Shown: one piece after another, positions 10,877 to 24,755 of the stretch
How the letters are laid out: every line of letters begins with the position of its first letter
Position numbering within the stretch: the first letter of the stretch is position 1
NCBI GenBank assembly: GCA_026770705.1
Contig: JANJGN010000064.1
Coordinates: 558,001 to 622,000 of the forward strand
DNA from: Isurus oxyrinchus
Lineage: Eukaryota
Length of the DNA: 64,000 nt
Direction: 5' to 3'
The notes under the pieces: generated by a model
Databases searched by the model: none
The model's input: only the letters and a program-made list of their open reading frames with translations
Told to the model about the DNA's origin: nothing
Position numbers and translations under genes: made by a program

Positions 10877-13800
10877 GCAGTGCAAATGCAGCCTATATCT
10901 TGGAAGGAGGGTATTGGAGGGGTGGCCTTTGCTCCTCCTAGCCGCACAAAGGTTGGCACATTAAAAATCCATTCTGTGGTCCCGAGGCCACTCCCTCAGA
11001 ACCTGCTGCTCCCAGGCGTATTTCAATTTCCTGTGCTGGTGTACGCTACGTTACTGCTTGTGATCGGTAAGTGGAACAACTCCATATGGATTCTGAGTGA
11101 GTGGGGTCGAGAATGCGAGAGATTGGGGCCTATAATGGAGTTTCTGGGAAAGGGGTGGGCAGGCCATAGAAATGGGGAGGGGGGAGTCAGGCCAGCACGA
11201 ATATAACAGGTGGGAAGATGGAAGCCAGGCTAGCATGGAGTTGGCTTCAGAGGGTCCGGCGGTGGGGGTGGGGGGGTGGGTTTGTGGGGGCAGGTGTAAG
11301 CAGTGACGGGGTGGGGGGAAGAATTGGTTTGAAGCAAACATGGTGCTTTTCTTCGGATTTTCTTTGAAATAAATGATCCATTAACTTGATACTTCAAGGT
11401 AAGATAATTCTCTGCTTTTAACTTGGAATGTGATCTTTAAGGAGGTGGGGTACATGGCTACTGTAGTTTGGAACCTCATCCACACGATGAGGCCGCTGGC
11501 AATGCAGCACTCGGCCCAGTGCTGAGTCAGCCTGCATGGTGCAACCTGGTATAGAACTTGGATTCTCTGCTTTCTGGATGCGGGGCAAAAAAATCAAAAC
11601 ATGACCACAGGCCAGTCCTCATCACAAAGGGACCTGCAAAACCTCAATTCGGGAGATGTTCCTCGCCACATGTTTTTATCTCTACTGTAGGAGCCTCTTC
11701 AAATGCTGCTCGATATTTGTTCAAACATTATCATAGTTTGCATCATTTATCCGTGCTATCTCCGGACACAGAGCGATGTTTTCTTCAACTACGTTTATAG
11801 TGGACAGACTGTTTCCCAGTCAAGAGTAGACAGACTGTTTTTACCCACTTGAAGTCTAATAATTATATCCAGCTAAAAATGGCCTAGAAACATTTGCATT
11901 CCAATCGAGGTCACAAAATATGGTACAGTCACCCAAATTCTTGTCATTAAGTGTTCCCAGATGTTTTTGCTTCCCGCCACTAATTTTCAGTCCTTTCTGT
12001 CATTGACAATTCTCACTCCATTAGCTGCTTCTTACCACACTTCTCCGCTTTTATTGTCATCTGTTACAGCCATATCAGCACCTCTCAAATGGATTTCAGT
12101 GATCCTATTGCTGCTGAGAGTTTGGCGCTCCCAGCAGAGCGAGCCGCAGCGAGCCGAAAGTTATGTCTGGTTTTCTGGATCGCGCAGCTGCTGACCAGGA
12201 TTGAGCTGCTGTCTGCCATGAGTGAGCAGGATAGAGAGGAAGGTTAGACGGGCCTGGTCAAATGGAAGGGAAGAGGGAAGTTCTTCGGGAAAACCTTGAA
12301 AGTAAGTGGTAGGATTTTTATTTTCTTCTGTTATAGCACATAGAAGCTGAACTTGAGCCCATTTGACAGGATGAAACTAAACAAATAAATAGGCTTGGGA
12401 ACATGCCAAACAAGTTAGAATGTAAAACTGAGCAGAAAAATGTTTAAAATTCAGCCTGCACAATTGTTTCTTCAATAATTCCGTTTAGGCGAGTATCTAC
12501 AGGACAAAGTTGATCATTTCGTAATGAACTCAGGTACATGATTTATGTTCTTGTCTGCACAGCGCAGCCCAAGGCAGTGACCATTGCACTGTTAAAGATT
12601 CAGATACTAATATCTGCGATAAGAATGATATAAAGAAACCTTTAGTCAATCATATTCATTGTGAGGTGACTGATTTCTGGGACATTGCAATATTAAATTT
12701 GCAGAGTTAAGGAAGGAGCTGTTGACCTGCAGCTGGACGCTGCTGCTGACTGTGCTACAGGAGCGAGCGCACTGTAGGTGAGGAATTTGATGACCAAGGG
12801 CATTGTGCACCCTCCTGCCACTGGACTCCATGACACTGGGAGTGGCCCTCCACAGGGAAAGGGAAAACAGTGTCATTCACCCGGGCCTGGGTTGGAGACT
12901 AGCCGAATGCTGTGTGCAGGAATAATGGCCAAGTTGGAGGACGAGGAGCAGGAGGAACCACCCACAGCTAGAACCGTGTCAAACCCCACCGGTGGAACCG
13001 AGCAATGATCAGCATTGATGATAACCGCACTGCACACAGTGCCAGCGGAAAGGAGCTGAGTGAGCCAGCCAGAGGGAAGGAGGAAAGGCAGCATCAGGCT
13101 GAGGCTCAACGTTACCCTCAGTCAGAATGAAAACAGCAACATCAGGCCAATGAGACACAGAGCCGCTCACCAGCTGCATTCACAGCCAAAAAAGGCTGAG
13201 CATCACTTGGTAACAACCGAACATACATGGGTGCTAAATGGACAAGGAATGCCCAGCATCACAGCTCCAAGACCACATTACCCACCTCCATACATAACAG
13301 GGGTCAGACTCCGAGGTGTGGCAGATGGACAATCGCACTTGGCCCTACGAGAGACTTGGGGTGAAATGGAAACCTGGAGGCAGGAGAATGGTAACCTGCG
13401 TACAAAGAATGAGAGGCGGCGGGCTCAGTTGTGCAGTTGGGTAAGGACACTGCACTACAGTGTGTGATTGCTGCACATTATGATGTATTGTTTCAGGGAC
13501 CTGAAAGCAGTGAACTGTGAACTTGGAACTGACCACCCATAACCCTGGTAGAGATTTGCAATTGGATGTCATGCAATGACTGTGTATCATTCCTGTCCCC
13601 TCGTTAACCATCCTCGCCCCATAACTGCTGAATCTATAGCCATTCGATTTTTCTGGGTAGAAATAGAGAGCAATATGTGACTTTAATATTTCCATTGAAG
13701 ATGTGAATCCTGGAAATCTGCAGTTCATGTGGCACAATGTTGATCTCTTGAAGGGTAATGGTGGCTTCGACAGCAGGCCTGAAGGTGAAAAGGGGCTGAA
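10877..13800 (+). pseudogene. Putative decayed multi-exon gene of unknown family with coiled-coil segments (copy A; copy B at ~22347-26050)
   Basis: An AG/GT-bounded 190-nt segment is open in both copies (10877-11066 and 22347-22536). The donor at 12302 and acceptor at 12704 join in phase to give ..QMEGKREVLRENLE-K-LRKEL. A downstream GC-rich ORF-like tract includes EMETWRQENGNLRTKNERRRAQL. Both copies carry stops and indels. Confidence 0.4.
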
Positions 13801-14884
13801 TACTTGTGGAACTGTCTCTCCCTTTTTGAACTTAGGTCACACTGTGAGGTCACATCATGCCCTCAATCTTCATTTTCCCGTGAACTTGCTCACACACAGT
13901 GGATCAGAGAGACCAGGGTTTATGCCAATTGGATGGCATCTCTCTCTTGTAATGCAACTGAATTAGTAATGTGATAGATCAAAAGTAAATTGTTATCTAA
14001 ACAATTCGAGCCAGACTGAAGTCCCTACAGACAGTTTCTGCGACAAACATTGGACTGGTGATCACCGACAGCCCCCCATACAAATGTGTTTTGTACCCTC
14101 CTGACACAGATAGCGAGCTCAAAATTAATTGCATTTGGAATACTGGAGCAACGTTCATCTACATAACTATAATGCACAGTTATTTGTCGTATTTATATTG
14201 TGTACAGTGTTCTCATAAATCCGACTCACTCAAATGAGAATAATCGTAAAAACAATCAATTATATATAAAACCGCAAAGTGCAATTGTGAAAATGTGTGA
14301 GATAGAAGGGCAGGTAACTATCGAAATTTTGGTGAGAGGGAGCGACAGTCACCCATTGTTTCCAGAAGAGTGGATGATTGAAAATGTTACATCCAGATTC
14401 AAAAAAAATGGAATAAATGTTAAACTGCCTATTGCCGGCCAGCCTGTTCCACGCATAAGGCGGGGAAGCTTAGGCAAACAATAATCCTGAAATAAATAAA
14501 TTGAAATAGAGAAATAAATCGGAAGCCTGGCGATCGCCGACACTGGCTGCTCTCCTCTAAGTTTAGTGTGAGTATTAAATGCGCAGATTTCACTATTAGC
14601 ACATTTTCTCATTGAGAAATGGAGCCTCTAGTCTCACGAGGAATTGTCCAGACCAGGGCGCAACTCAATTTTTATTATTCAACAATTATGCCATTTTTTG
14701 GGTTATTAAGCAATATAAAGCCATATTCTAATTGAAACACAGTGAGTTCACTGAGAAAAGGTATCCATTCATCTTCACCTCTGAAGTAACTGAAAGAAGG
14801 CGGCACCCCTACAGTACCACATTGAACCCACCTCTTCACTTTCATTTGTGAATGTGAGAAGCTAACACTAGGTTTCTTTACTTT

Positions 14885-15030
14885 GGTTACTTTGGGAAAA
14901 GGCTATGGGCCAAGTGCTGGTAAATGGGGTTAGATAGGTAGGTCAGGCACTTCTCACATGCCGGTGCAGACTCAATGGGCCAAAGGGCCTCTTTTGCACT
15001 GTAATTCCGTGATTCTGTGATTCTGTGAAA
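14885..15030 (+). mobile_element. Short, well-preserved CR1-type 3' end (LINE or LINE-tailed SINE)
   Basis: ggctatgggccaagtgctggtaaatgg...atgggccaaagggcctc..tgcactgtaattccgtgattctgtgattctgtga, ending in the 8-nt tail repeat. Confidence 0.75.
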
Positions 15031-15039
15031 ATCTGATAG

Positions 15040-16820
15040 ATGGTGAATGCCATTCATATTCCTCTCTGTTCCTCCTCGCCAATCTTTCGTTTTATTTTAT
15101 TGTAACTCTATTTGCCCCTTGAACTCCCTCCTAAACCTCCTGAATTTTTGTCACTAAACCGCAGCTTAGCCCCTACATTTAACCGACTGACTGTCCCATA
15201 ACTGAAGTCTTTCCTCATGATGGCAGGAGGGATTCAATACATATTTTTTATAATGTTGAATGGGTAAGATCAGTTCATAAACTACTGCCACTGACCCAGC
15301 GTCACAGTCCAAGAATTAAAGCCAGAGATTTCCCTGCGGGAATGGGAAAATAATTCTACACACAAGGGGAGCTAGAATTTCTCTACTCGGCAATAAATGT
15401 TTCACCCATGGATTTTTTTGAAATCTGAGATTCAAAGAGTATTCTTAAAAGAGATTATTACGAAATATGAGGGAAAGGCGAAAATATGGAGGTAGTCACC
15501 AAACAAACAGAAAAAAACCAGAACATGCTCCACCGAATAAAGTGTCTCAACAAGAGTAAAGGTCAAGGAACAGTGCCTGACCTTCCAACTGGGTAGGAGA
15601 CAGCTTTCTGGACTCAACACAATTTTAGATCAGAACATCTGCCTCAATATTGTTTGGTCACATTTCTTTCTTTACTCCCTCATGTTACATTCAGACCGTG
15701 CCTTAGCAGCCATTCACAAACTCAGATGGACACCTCTTTTTTTATTTCTTTCCTACAGCCACTACAATTTGTTTGTAACCATGGAAACTCTCCTCCTGCT
15801 CTCTACCCTCATTGACATTCTCTTTTGCACATCCAACCTCCTCCCGCACTCCACTGGTTTAAACCCTTGTTACATTTACATCTTTCCCCCATTTTGATAA
15901 AAAAAATCATCGACCTGAACAGTTCGCCATTTGTCTCCACAGCTGCTTTATGAACTGTTGAATATTTCCACAATGTTTTGTTAACTTCGGTTTTCCAGTG
16001 TCTGTACTACTTTCCTTTACAATCTGAAAGCATTTTGGAAACAATTTTGAACGTCATTCATATTCCTCTCAATTTCTTCTCCGCCAATCTTTCAGCTTTC
16101 TTGCTCCGCAACTCTGCTGCTACAGCTTCGTCTGAACGTCCCTCAATTCCGGACACCAAAATACAGCTCAGTCCCTTTGTTGAAGACAGTGGCTACCCCT
16201 GTAACGAATTCTCCCCCTTGATTTTTGCACTGATTTGATCCACAATTCTGGAATGCTAAGGGAAACAAAAAATCAATCCAAGACCTATTTCAGTTTCCTG
16301 GGAATCTCCGATTAAGGTCCACGGTGAAAATATTCAAGCCAAGAGTTCCAGCATTGAAATTAGGAAACAATTCTATGGACAGAGGGTCGCAGAACGTCAG
16401 AACTCTCTTCAGTGCAAGGAAATTAATCCTTGATCGATTGTTGTATTTTAACTCTAAGAATGCAAGAGCTTTGTTAGAAGATATTAAGGGCTATGGGGCC
16501 AAGGCGAGCATATGGCGATAGTCACCAATCAGACACAACATCATTGAACATGTTCTAGGGACTAAATGGCCTTAAGAGCAACAAAATTCGAGGAACAACA
16601 GATCAACTTCGAACTGGGTAATCTGCAGCCTTCTGGTCTCAACGTTGAGTTCAACAAATTTTGATCCTAATATCTGCCTCAATGTTGTTTCGAGAGTGTA
16701 TTTTTTTTCTTCTTGTTGGTTTGGTTTGTGACGTTTCTTTCTTTATTCTCCATGTTACATTCGGGCCTTTGCTGTGCCTCCAATCACACCTCAACTGGAC
16801 ACACCTTCACTTTCCTTATT
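15040..16820 (+). repeat. ~1 kb tandem duplication (15040-15750 and 16050-16820) of mixed TE remnants; a further copy of the first part at ~29090-29460
   Basis: Shared anchors: cattcatattcct (15051/16056/29108), atatgg...tagtcaccaa (15484/16510), atctgcctcaat (15637/16672). Confidence 0.7.
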
Positions 16821-18854
16821 ATACTCCCACAATCACAAAGGTTTGGAAATATTACAACACAGGAGAAGGTCATTCGATCAATCGTGTCTGAATGAGCAAT
16901 TCACTTAGTGCCGTTCCCCGCCTTCTCCCAGTATTGGCGGTCTTCATTTCGAGATAGCAGTTTCACTCCGCTCTTTATGATTCCCTTGAACCTACCTTCA
17001 CCACACTGTCAGGTGGTGCATTCGAGAACTTAACCACTTTCCACGAGAAAGAAATGTCTTTTTTTTTCGTCGTGTCTCTTTTGTTTTTTTTTTAAACAAC
17101 TGTGCTAGCTCGAACTTGATCATTTCACGGATGGGAACATTTGCTTTCCCTCCAACCTCTCCAGACCTTTCGTGATGCTCAATCCCTCTAGCAAATCTTC
17201 TCTCAACCTTCCTTTCTCCCAGGGAATCAGTCCTAACTTCTCCAATCTATCCTCACAACTGAAGCTCCTCATCCTAGCAAACATTCTCGTGAACATTTTC
17301 TGCCCTCCTTCCAACATCCTTCACATTTTCGCATCTTCCGAAAGAGAAGCGAACAGAACCGGGTGGGATACACCAGCTGAGGCTGAACCAGAGCCTTCTA
17401 CAAATCTTGTTTATCTTATTCCCATTACAACACTCTTTGGTTTTAGTGTCGTGAAAACCTTTGACTCCTGCCCGCTCAGACTTTTGAAGTGACCCCATAA
17501 GCATCGGATCAGACATAAACTGTGCAGGCCTTCCACATCTAGTTGTGAATAGTGGTGGACAATTAAACACTGACTGGAGAAGGAAGCTCCACAAATAAAT
17601 ATTGGCCTTCCCAGTGGTTGTCACATCCACGAAGCAATAATAAAAAGTTGTCAATGTATTCCGGGAATCGCAGCAATCCTACTGTGGGGTCCAATTCCAG
17701 TTGCTGTTGAAAGGGTTCCACAGTGGCCCAATCCGCTTCTTCGACATGTTGACAGATATCACAAGGTCACCCTCTGTTTCACTGAGATTCCTGTCAAGGA
17801 CAGTTTCCAGTAAGCATGAAACAGGGGAACAAAATTTACTGAAATAAATTGTAGTTGATCGAGATGCCTTAAAAGCATTGTTTTTCTTTTTGCCAGAATT
17901 ACTTCTCAAATCCCTTGAGACATCCCTTAATCCATTATATCCCTCTTTGTGAAGGTGTGTGCGCCGGATCAAGGTCAAAGAGCATAAGAAAATGGGTATA
18001 ACTTCTGCTCTGAGCCAGAAGCGGTTATCATTCACTTAACCAGACAAACCCATTCGTTCATTAGTATGATCTGAAGAGGAAGAGATGCTTCAGCACAACT
18101 GTGTGCACTCGGTTTAAAGGGAATTACGATACTATTGTTCTTCCTATATTCACACGATATTCTAAATGCTTTCCCCTGATTAAAAATGCTCAGCTCATTG
18201 CCTGGTTAATTTGAAAAAAAGTAAAAACGCCATTGAAATTAGAACTCAGTATCACCTGCATTACTGATACAAGATATCATGCACCAAACCACAGCGCAAA
18301 GTTATGAACAACACCAGGCTGCAATATTTTGAACCATATTCTACTATTTTGCTACAAACACATTGGGAATTCTTCATCTGCTAAGCGGCTGGGTGGCAGC
18401 GAGAATTGAGAATTTGCAGGAAGGTAAATTAAGGCGGATATTCATCCAGGAAGTTATGGAATGTTTGAGAAGCTGGAAGACAGATTATACACTTGCACCT
18501 ATTTCTCATGTTATTGCAGAAACCACACAGAGGAAACACTGGTGTTATATCTAACTTGGATTGGAAGCAATGCTGATTCACCATTGTGATTCCGGAGTTC
18601 AGTAAATTACATTTGAAGTTCAAGTTTCCTAATCCCAGATTCTTATAAGCATAGAATGGATTATTTGGCCCATCGTGTCTGTGCTCGTTCTTTGAAGGAG
18701 AAATTATTCTACTATCATTTCCCCGCCTTCCCTGATCCCTGCACAATTTTTCTTTTTCTTTTTCTTTTCAGGGATTCAATGTTTCCGACTGCCTTGATTT
18801 ATGGAGATTTTTTGTTCCTTCTTTATTATGTCTGTCTTCAATACTTTCCCCTTT

Positions 18855-20000
18855 ACAGGTGTGATGAGCTTGGCTAACGTCGACATCAAGGCAGTTTTTG
18901 TCCGAGTGCAACGTCATGGTTCCCGAGCACAACTGGAGTTAATGGGAAGCAGAGAGAAAACACTCCGATTCTTGGGGTCATACCATCACAAATGTAAGTT
19001 GTTGTTGGAGTTCAATCATCTGAGTTACAGGATATCACTGCAGGAGTTCCTGGGGATAGAGACCTCGGCCTAAACATATTCAGATGCTTCATCAATGACG
19101 TTCAATTCATCTTAAGGTCAGAAGTGCTGATGTTTACTGATGATGGCACAATGTTCAGCACCATTCGCAAATCCTCACACACTGAAGCAGTCCACGTGCA
19201 AATGTATCAAGACGTGGACAATTTCCAGGCTTCCGTTGACAAGTGGCAAGTAACATTCGTGCCAAACAAACGCCAGGCAATGATCACCTCAAACAAGGGA
19301 GAATCTAACCATTGCTCCTTGAGTCTAATGGCATTATCATTACTGAATCTCTCATTATCAAAATACTGGGATACCATTGACCATAAACTGAACTGGAGTA
19401 GCCATACAAATGCAACGGCTGCAAGACAGGTTAGAGGCAAGGAACCCTGCGGCGAGTAACTCACCTCATGACTCACAAAGACTGTCTACCATCTACAAGA
19501 CACAAGTCAAGAGCGTGTTTGAATACTCTCAATTGGCCTGGATGACTGCAGCAACACATCTCCAGAAGCTTGACATCATCCAGGAGAAGATAACCCGCTT
19601 GACTGGCACCCTATCCACCCAACATCCCTCCACCACGAGAGTATAGTAACAGAAGTGTTCTTCACCCAGACGATGCACTGTAGGAACTCACCAAGACTCC
19701 TTGGACAGCAAATTCCAAACCCACGAACACTACCATCTAGAAGGACAAGGGCAGCAGATGCACGGAGACACCGCTACTTGAGAGTTCTCCTCCAACTTTC
19801 ACACCATTCTGACATGGAAACATATTGCTGTTCCTTCACTAACTCTGGACCAATACTCTAGAAACCCCCCTCCCCCACCACCCCCCTCACCCCACCGCTA
19901 ACGGAACTGTGGGTGTACATACACCACGTGGAATGGATAAGGCAATTCAACAGTATTTTCTCAAGGGAAACTAGAGATGGGATTTTATTCTCTACAAATT
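18855..20000 (+). mobile_element. Decayed CR1/L2-group LINE, RT and 3' end
   Basis: DIKAVFVRV.., FRCFINDV..ILRSEVLMFTDDGTMFSTI, DKWQVTFVPNK, STIYKTQVKSVFEYS. Confidence 0.8.
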
Positions 20001-20240
20001 GACAACCGTGCTCAATGCCGATCTGGTCTAAAATTCTGCATTCCCTCCCTAAACTACTCAACTTCTACAGCTCCTTCTGATCTTTAAGATGTTACTTAAC
20101 AGCTTCCCCTTTGACCAAGCTTTTGTCATCTGATCTAATATCTCCTTCTGTGGCTCAGCATCATTTTTGCTTTATTTGTCATTATAACCCTCTTGTTAAG
20201 ACTTTTATGACTTATGGCTATGTGCCAATATCAGTATTTA

Positions 20241-20313
20241 TCGATGGTGATACAGTGTTGAGCATAGCTGCTTTCCAAGTATTTGACCCCCAGTTCAATT
20301 CCCAGCTGCCGCA
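20241..20313 (+). pseudogene. tRNA-Gly(TCC) pseudogene
   Basis: TCGATGGTGATACAGTGTTGAGCATAGCTGCTTTCCAAGTATTTGACCCCCAGTTCAATTCCCAGCTGCCGCA aligns end to end with vertebrate tRNA-Gly-TCC. The acceptor, D and T arms are broken. A T-run follows. Confidence 0.8.
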
Positions 20314-20962
20314 ATTTCTTGTTTTTTTTTTAAACCTCTCAAATCGGAAACCCCAAACATGAAGCTGAATTTGATTCATTTCAATGAAATTTTGCTTCGA
20401 ACACATAGGCGGGTTTAATAGAGATATAATTAATTCCCACCTCCACTTACCTTCCATTTAAAATGTAACTCAGATGTTTTCCTTCTTGATGATAATTAAG
20501 GCTTTTCCTGAGCTGTAGTGTGGAGCCGGGATAGAATTACTCAGATTTGTAACATTCAGCGATTCTCTGAATATTTTCCATCTGCTGCTTCCAATATCTT
20601 ATTTGAATACCGATTCCTGCGCAGGGATTGTTTTATTGTTCATAAAGTGACAGACTGCTCACGCTGGGAATCTGAAATAATAACAGAAGGTGCTGGAAAA
20701 ACTCAGCAGGTCCTGCAGCATCTCCGGAGACAGGATATGGGGTTTCACATTTCACCTTGATAGCAGTTTTAACAAATCGACCCGCTATCGAAGCATCGAT
20801 ACTGCCAGAGCTACTCAGTTTTTCCAGTATTTTACATTAGAATCATAGAATGGCGACAACTCTGAAAGAGGCTATTTGGGCCATCTAATCTGTTCTGGCC
20901 CTCTAAAGGAACAATTCACCCACTGCCACTCCGCGTAACCCTGCAATGTTTTTCTATGCATG

Positions 20963-21325
20963 TGAGTGCGGATGGATTCTATAAATAACAGTCTCTGGTA
21001 CTGTCTGTGATTGTGGAACTGATTCTGGGACTATCAGTCTCTGATACTGTCTGTATTTGTTGTATTGATTCGATCAATTTCAGTCCCTGGCACTATCTGC
21101 CAGTGTGGAATTGATTCTGTAAATATCAGTCTCTGATACTGTCTGTCATTGTGGGATTGATTCGATCAATTGCAATCCCTGGCACTATCTGCAAATGTGT
21201 GATTGATTCGATGAATATCAGTCTTTGCTTCCATCGGTGGATCTGAGATTGATTCGGTAAATATCAATCTCTGCTACTAGCTGTGAGTGTGGGATTGATT
21301 CTGTATCTTTCAGTCTCCAACTCAC
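20963..21325. repeat. 46-bp minisatellite, about 8 units (paralogue of 8845-9070)
   Basis: Units start at 20971, 21017, 21063, 21109, 21155, 21201, 21247 and 21293, an exact 46-nt period. Confidence 0.9.
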
Positions 21326-24077
21326 AAACAAGCAGCATTCGCTATGGGACTAAATACCTCATGCGTGGTTTTCCGCTGCAAATCAGCAACTGAAATCAAC
21401 ATTTTCTACAATTCACTTTGATCAGCATCTGAACAAAAGAACTGGAGATGGGGAAAGGTCAGAGAAGAATGAAAAAATCGGACTTGTCCTTTTAGGAAGC
21501 TCAATTTGTGACCATTCTCCACAGGGCATTTGCTGTTTACGAGCCCATTTTCACAAAGCAATCCTGCAGAAACATGGGAGGATTGAGGAGGCTAGCGAAT
21601 TTGCTGGGACAGGGCAATAATTAATACTTACTCACCTCTGAAGTGGGAGTTAAACGGAAAGATTTAGTTGATTTTATGATTTCAGTAGGAAAGTAAAGAA
21701 CATGTCAGCAAATGGGTGAGAGAGGGCGATCTCTGCAGCAATAAAATAGGTTTAAGTCGAAACTGAGGCTTTTTCAGCGATTGGGAACTTTTCAAAAGCA
21801 ACCATTCTGGTCTCAGAGACAGGAAGGATCTCGCCTGGGACTCTGGACTGTCCGATTTTCAATGAGAGTTTAGCAGCACACGGAAACCAAAAGTTTCATG
21901 CACTAGGACACCCAAACTCCTTTGTATCTCAGAGCTTTGCTATCTCTCACCGGTTGGATTATGTGCCTCTTTTTTGTCCGTGCTGACAAAATGGACAACC
22001 TGACGTTTTACTACTTTCTACTCCATTTGCCAGGTCTTTGTCCAATCACGTAACATATCAAGATCCTTACGCCCTCTTCACAACTTACTTTACGACCTAC
22101 AATTGTGTCGTACTTGTTTAACAGCCTTGCCACATGTTCAAGTCTCATTTGTCATTTTTAGAATGTTGTGAATGGGGAGCTATTCCCGCCATTAATTTTT
22201 GAAAGCGATAGCAGAACGAACCACAATTTATACAAGATTTTAAAACATGAACATTTCACCAGGTGTAATTCACCTGCCTTCTCCCCGCAACCCCGCGCAT
22301 TGTTAGTTCTCCAACAATCATCTAATCCCCTCTTGTTCCGGGACAGGAAGTGGGAATGCAACCTGTACCTGGGAAGGTCAGTATTAGAGGATTGGCCTCT
22401 GCCCCTCCCGGCCACACAAAGGTGGGCACATTAAAATCCCTATGTGTGGTCCACAGGCCGCACCCACAGTACCTGCTGCTCCCAGGGGTATTTCCACATC
22501 CTGTGCTGTTCGGTGCCCCTTTTCTGCTTGTTATCGGTAATTGAAAAATTTCCAGGTGAATCAGGAGTGAGCGGGACCGAGAATACGAGAGGTTGGAGCC
22601 TTTGGACCGAGCTGGGAGAGGCCACAACGTTTTAAGTCGGGCAGAGGTGAAGGGCAAGGCCAGAACCATGTGGATCCCGAGAGAGCGAGGATTGGTGAAT
22701 GAAAACAATTATTCTGATATTGGGGCATGGTAGGGGTGAGGGGTGGGGGTAATTGGGGAGTCAGGCAAGCATGGATACGGAGAACGGGGAGCCAGGATGG
22801 CATGGTGATAGAATGTGGGAGGAGGGAAGCAAGACCGGCCTGGAGTTGTTTTTAATGGGGGAGGCGGGTGAGAGGGGGGAAGAACTGGCTTGAAACTTCT
22901 ACCCTGATGTTTTTTGGCATATTCTTTGAAATAAGTGGCCCATTAACAGAATCTTTCCGCGTGTAAGAGCTGTTACATTGAGAGAATTCTCTGCTTCATC
23001 CTCTGAATGTGATCTTTAGGGAGACGGGGCACATGGCTGCTGCAGTTTGAAACCTCCTCCACATGATGAGGCCGCTAGTAATGCAGCACTCAGCCCTGTG
23101 CTGAGTCAGACTGCATGGTGCATCCTGGGCTACAAATTGGACTCCCTGCTTTCGGGATAGAGAGAAAAGAAAATATGACCGCAGGCCAGCCATCACCTCA
23201 AGGGGATCTGCAAAGCCTCCAGGACATTTGGGAGATGATCCCCGCGACATGTTTATCTCAACCGCGGAAGTCTCTTCATCTGCTGCTCCTGCTTTATTCA
23301 AGAATTGTTTCAGTTTCCACCCTTTCTCAGTGCCACCCCCGCACATAGGGAGATGTTTTCTTCAACTTAGTTTACAGTGGACAAAATGTCCATTTGAGTT
23401 TTAAAAATTACACCCACTTGAAAATGGTCTAGAAACATCTGAAGTACAATAGAGGTCAAACAAAACTCTACATTGGTGTAGTCATCAATCCTTGTCATAA
23501 CGTGTTTCCAGATCTTTTTGCTTCCCGACCCTAATTTTCAGTCTTTTCTGACCAATGCTGCCATTCTCACCACTGTCTATTCTCAGTCCATCAGCAGGTT
23601 CATATCAGGCTTTGTCCACTGTGATTACCGTGCCTTTTGGCCATCTGGACATCAGTGATATTATTGCTGCCAAGGACTCAGTGTCCCCAGCAGAGCAAGC
23701 CACAGCGACCCAAAGGTTATGTCTGGTTTTCTAGATCGTGGAGCTGCTGACCAGGATTGAGCCGCTGTCTGGCATGAGCGACAAGAAGGATCGAGAGGAA
23801 GGGGGGACGCGCTGTGTCAAATGGAAGGGGCGAGGAAAGGTCTTGAGAAAAATTTTGAGAATAAGTGGAAGCATTTGTTCTTCATTTTCTCCTCCTGTAA
23901 CATAGAGTAGGCCACAGTGACAGGGAGAAGCGAGGTTAGTAAATAGGCCTGGGGTCATGGCGAACAACGTAGAGTGCAAAACTAGCCAGAAAACTGTTTA
24001 AAAAAAACACTCTGCACAATAATTTCTTCAATGCTCCCGTTTAGATGGGAGTGTATAGGTCAAACACGACCATTTCA

Positions 24078-24755
24078 TTTTTTTAAAAAGATACTAAAGT
24101 TTATTTTCCAACCTGAGCAAGAGTTCGAAGGAATGTTTACAAAATGTTTCGCTATTTCAACTTTAGGACACGATCAATACTCAAAACTAACAAAAATACA
24201 AAATAAAGGCCCAGCGTCCAAAAGAAGCCAAACCTACAGTCCAATAATGTTTCAGAAAATGTTTGAATATCACCTCAAAATAGTCTGGAGGTGAGTAATA
24301 AAGCAAAGAGTTTAAGCACGCTCCCCCGGATCCGTTGTACCAGCTGGGTTTCTTAGGGCATAACGGTCACTCTTTTGACATGGATGGCACACAGGTTGGT
24401 GTCCTCAAACATTCCAGCCAACTAGGCCTCATTGGCTTCCTGCAATGCTCCAATTGCCATACCCTGAAACCTCAGGTCAGTTTCGAAACCCTGGGCAATT
24501 TCCCTCACCAGGCGCTGGAAGGACACTTTGCGGATAAACAACTCTATCTGGAATTCTGGCATCGGCAGATTTCTCAGAGTGCGACTGTACCCAGCCTGTA
24601 GCGATGAGATCTCCTCACTTCGCCAGTGGAGGGGTCATATTTCTGGGCTGCCTTGGAGGCCAGCTGCTTCCTGGGCGCATTGCCGTTGTTGGACTTCCAG
24701 GCTATCTGTTTGGTATAAGCCATCCCTGCTCAGAGGATCAACTTGACCGCCTGCA
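24078..24755 (-). pseudogene. Processed histone H3.3 pseudogene (CDS 24723-24312, with UTRs and poly(A) remnant)
   Basis: Reads [93 protein letters not shown]3.3-type S31 and I89/G90 are present. It is intronless with 3 stops and 2 frameshifts. AATAAA (minus strand) is at 24105-24100, then A7 at 24084-24078. Confidence 0.92.

Larger units (their letters stand above)
8730..13970 (+). repeat. Segmental duplication, copy A (paralogous to 20840-26220)
   Basis: Collinear similarity throughout, e.g. aatcctgcagaaacatggga (9304/21561), gatgaggccgct (11487/23065), ggttttct.gatcg.g.agctgctgaccaggattgagc (12169/23725), gaggcaggagaatggta (13377/25579). Confidence 0.9.

Noticed and set aside
21624-21636. 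atacttac resembling the U1 snRNA 5' end
   Set aside because: The match ends after 8 nt, with no U1 body.
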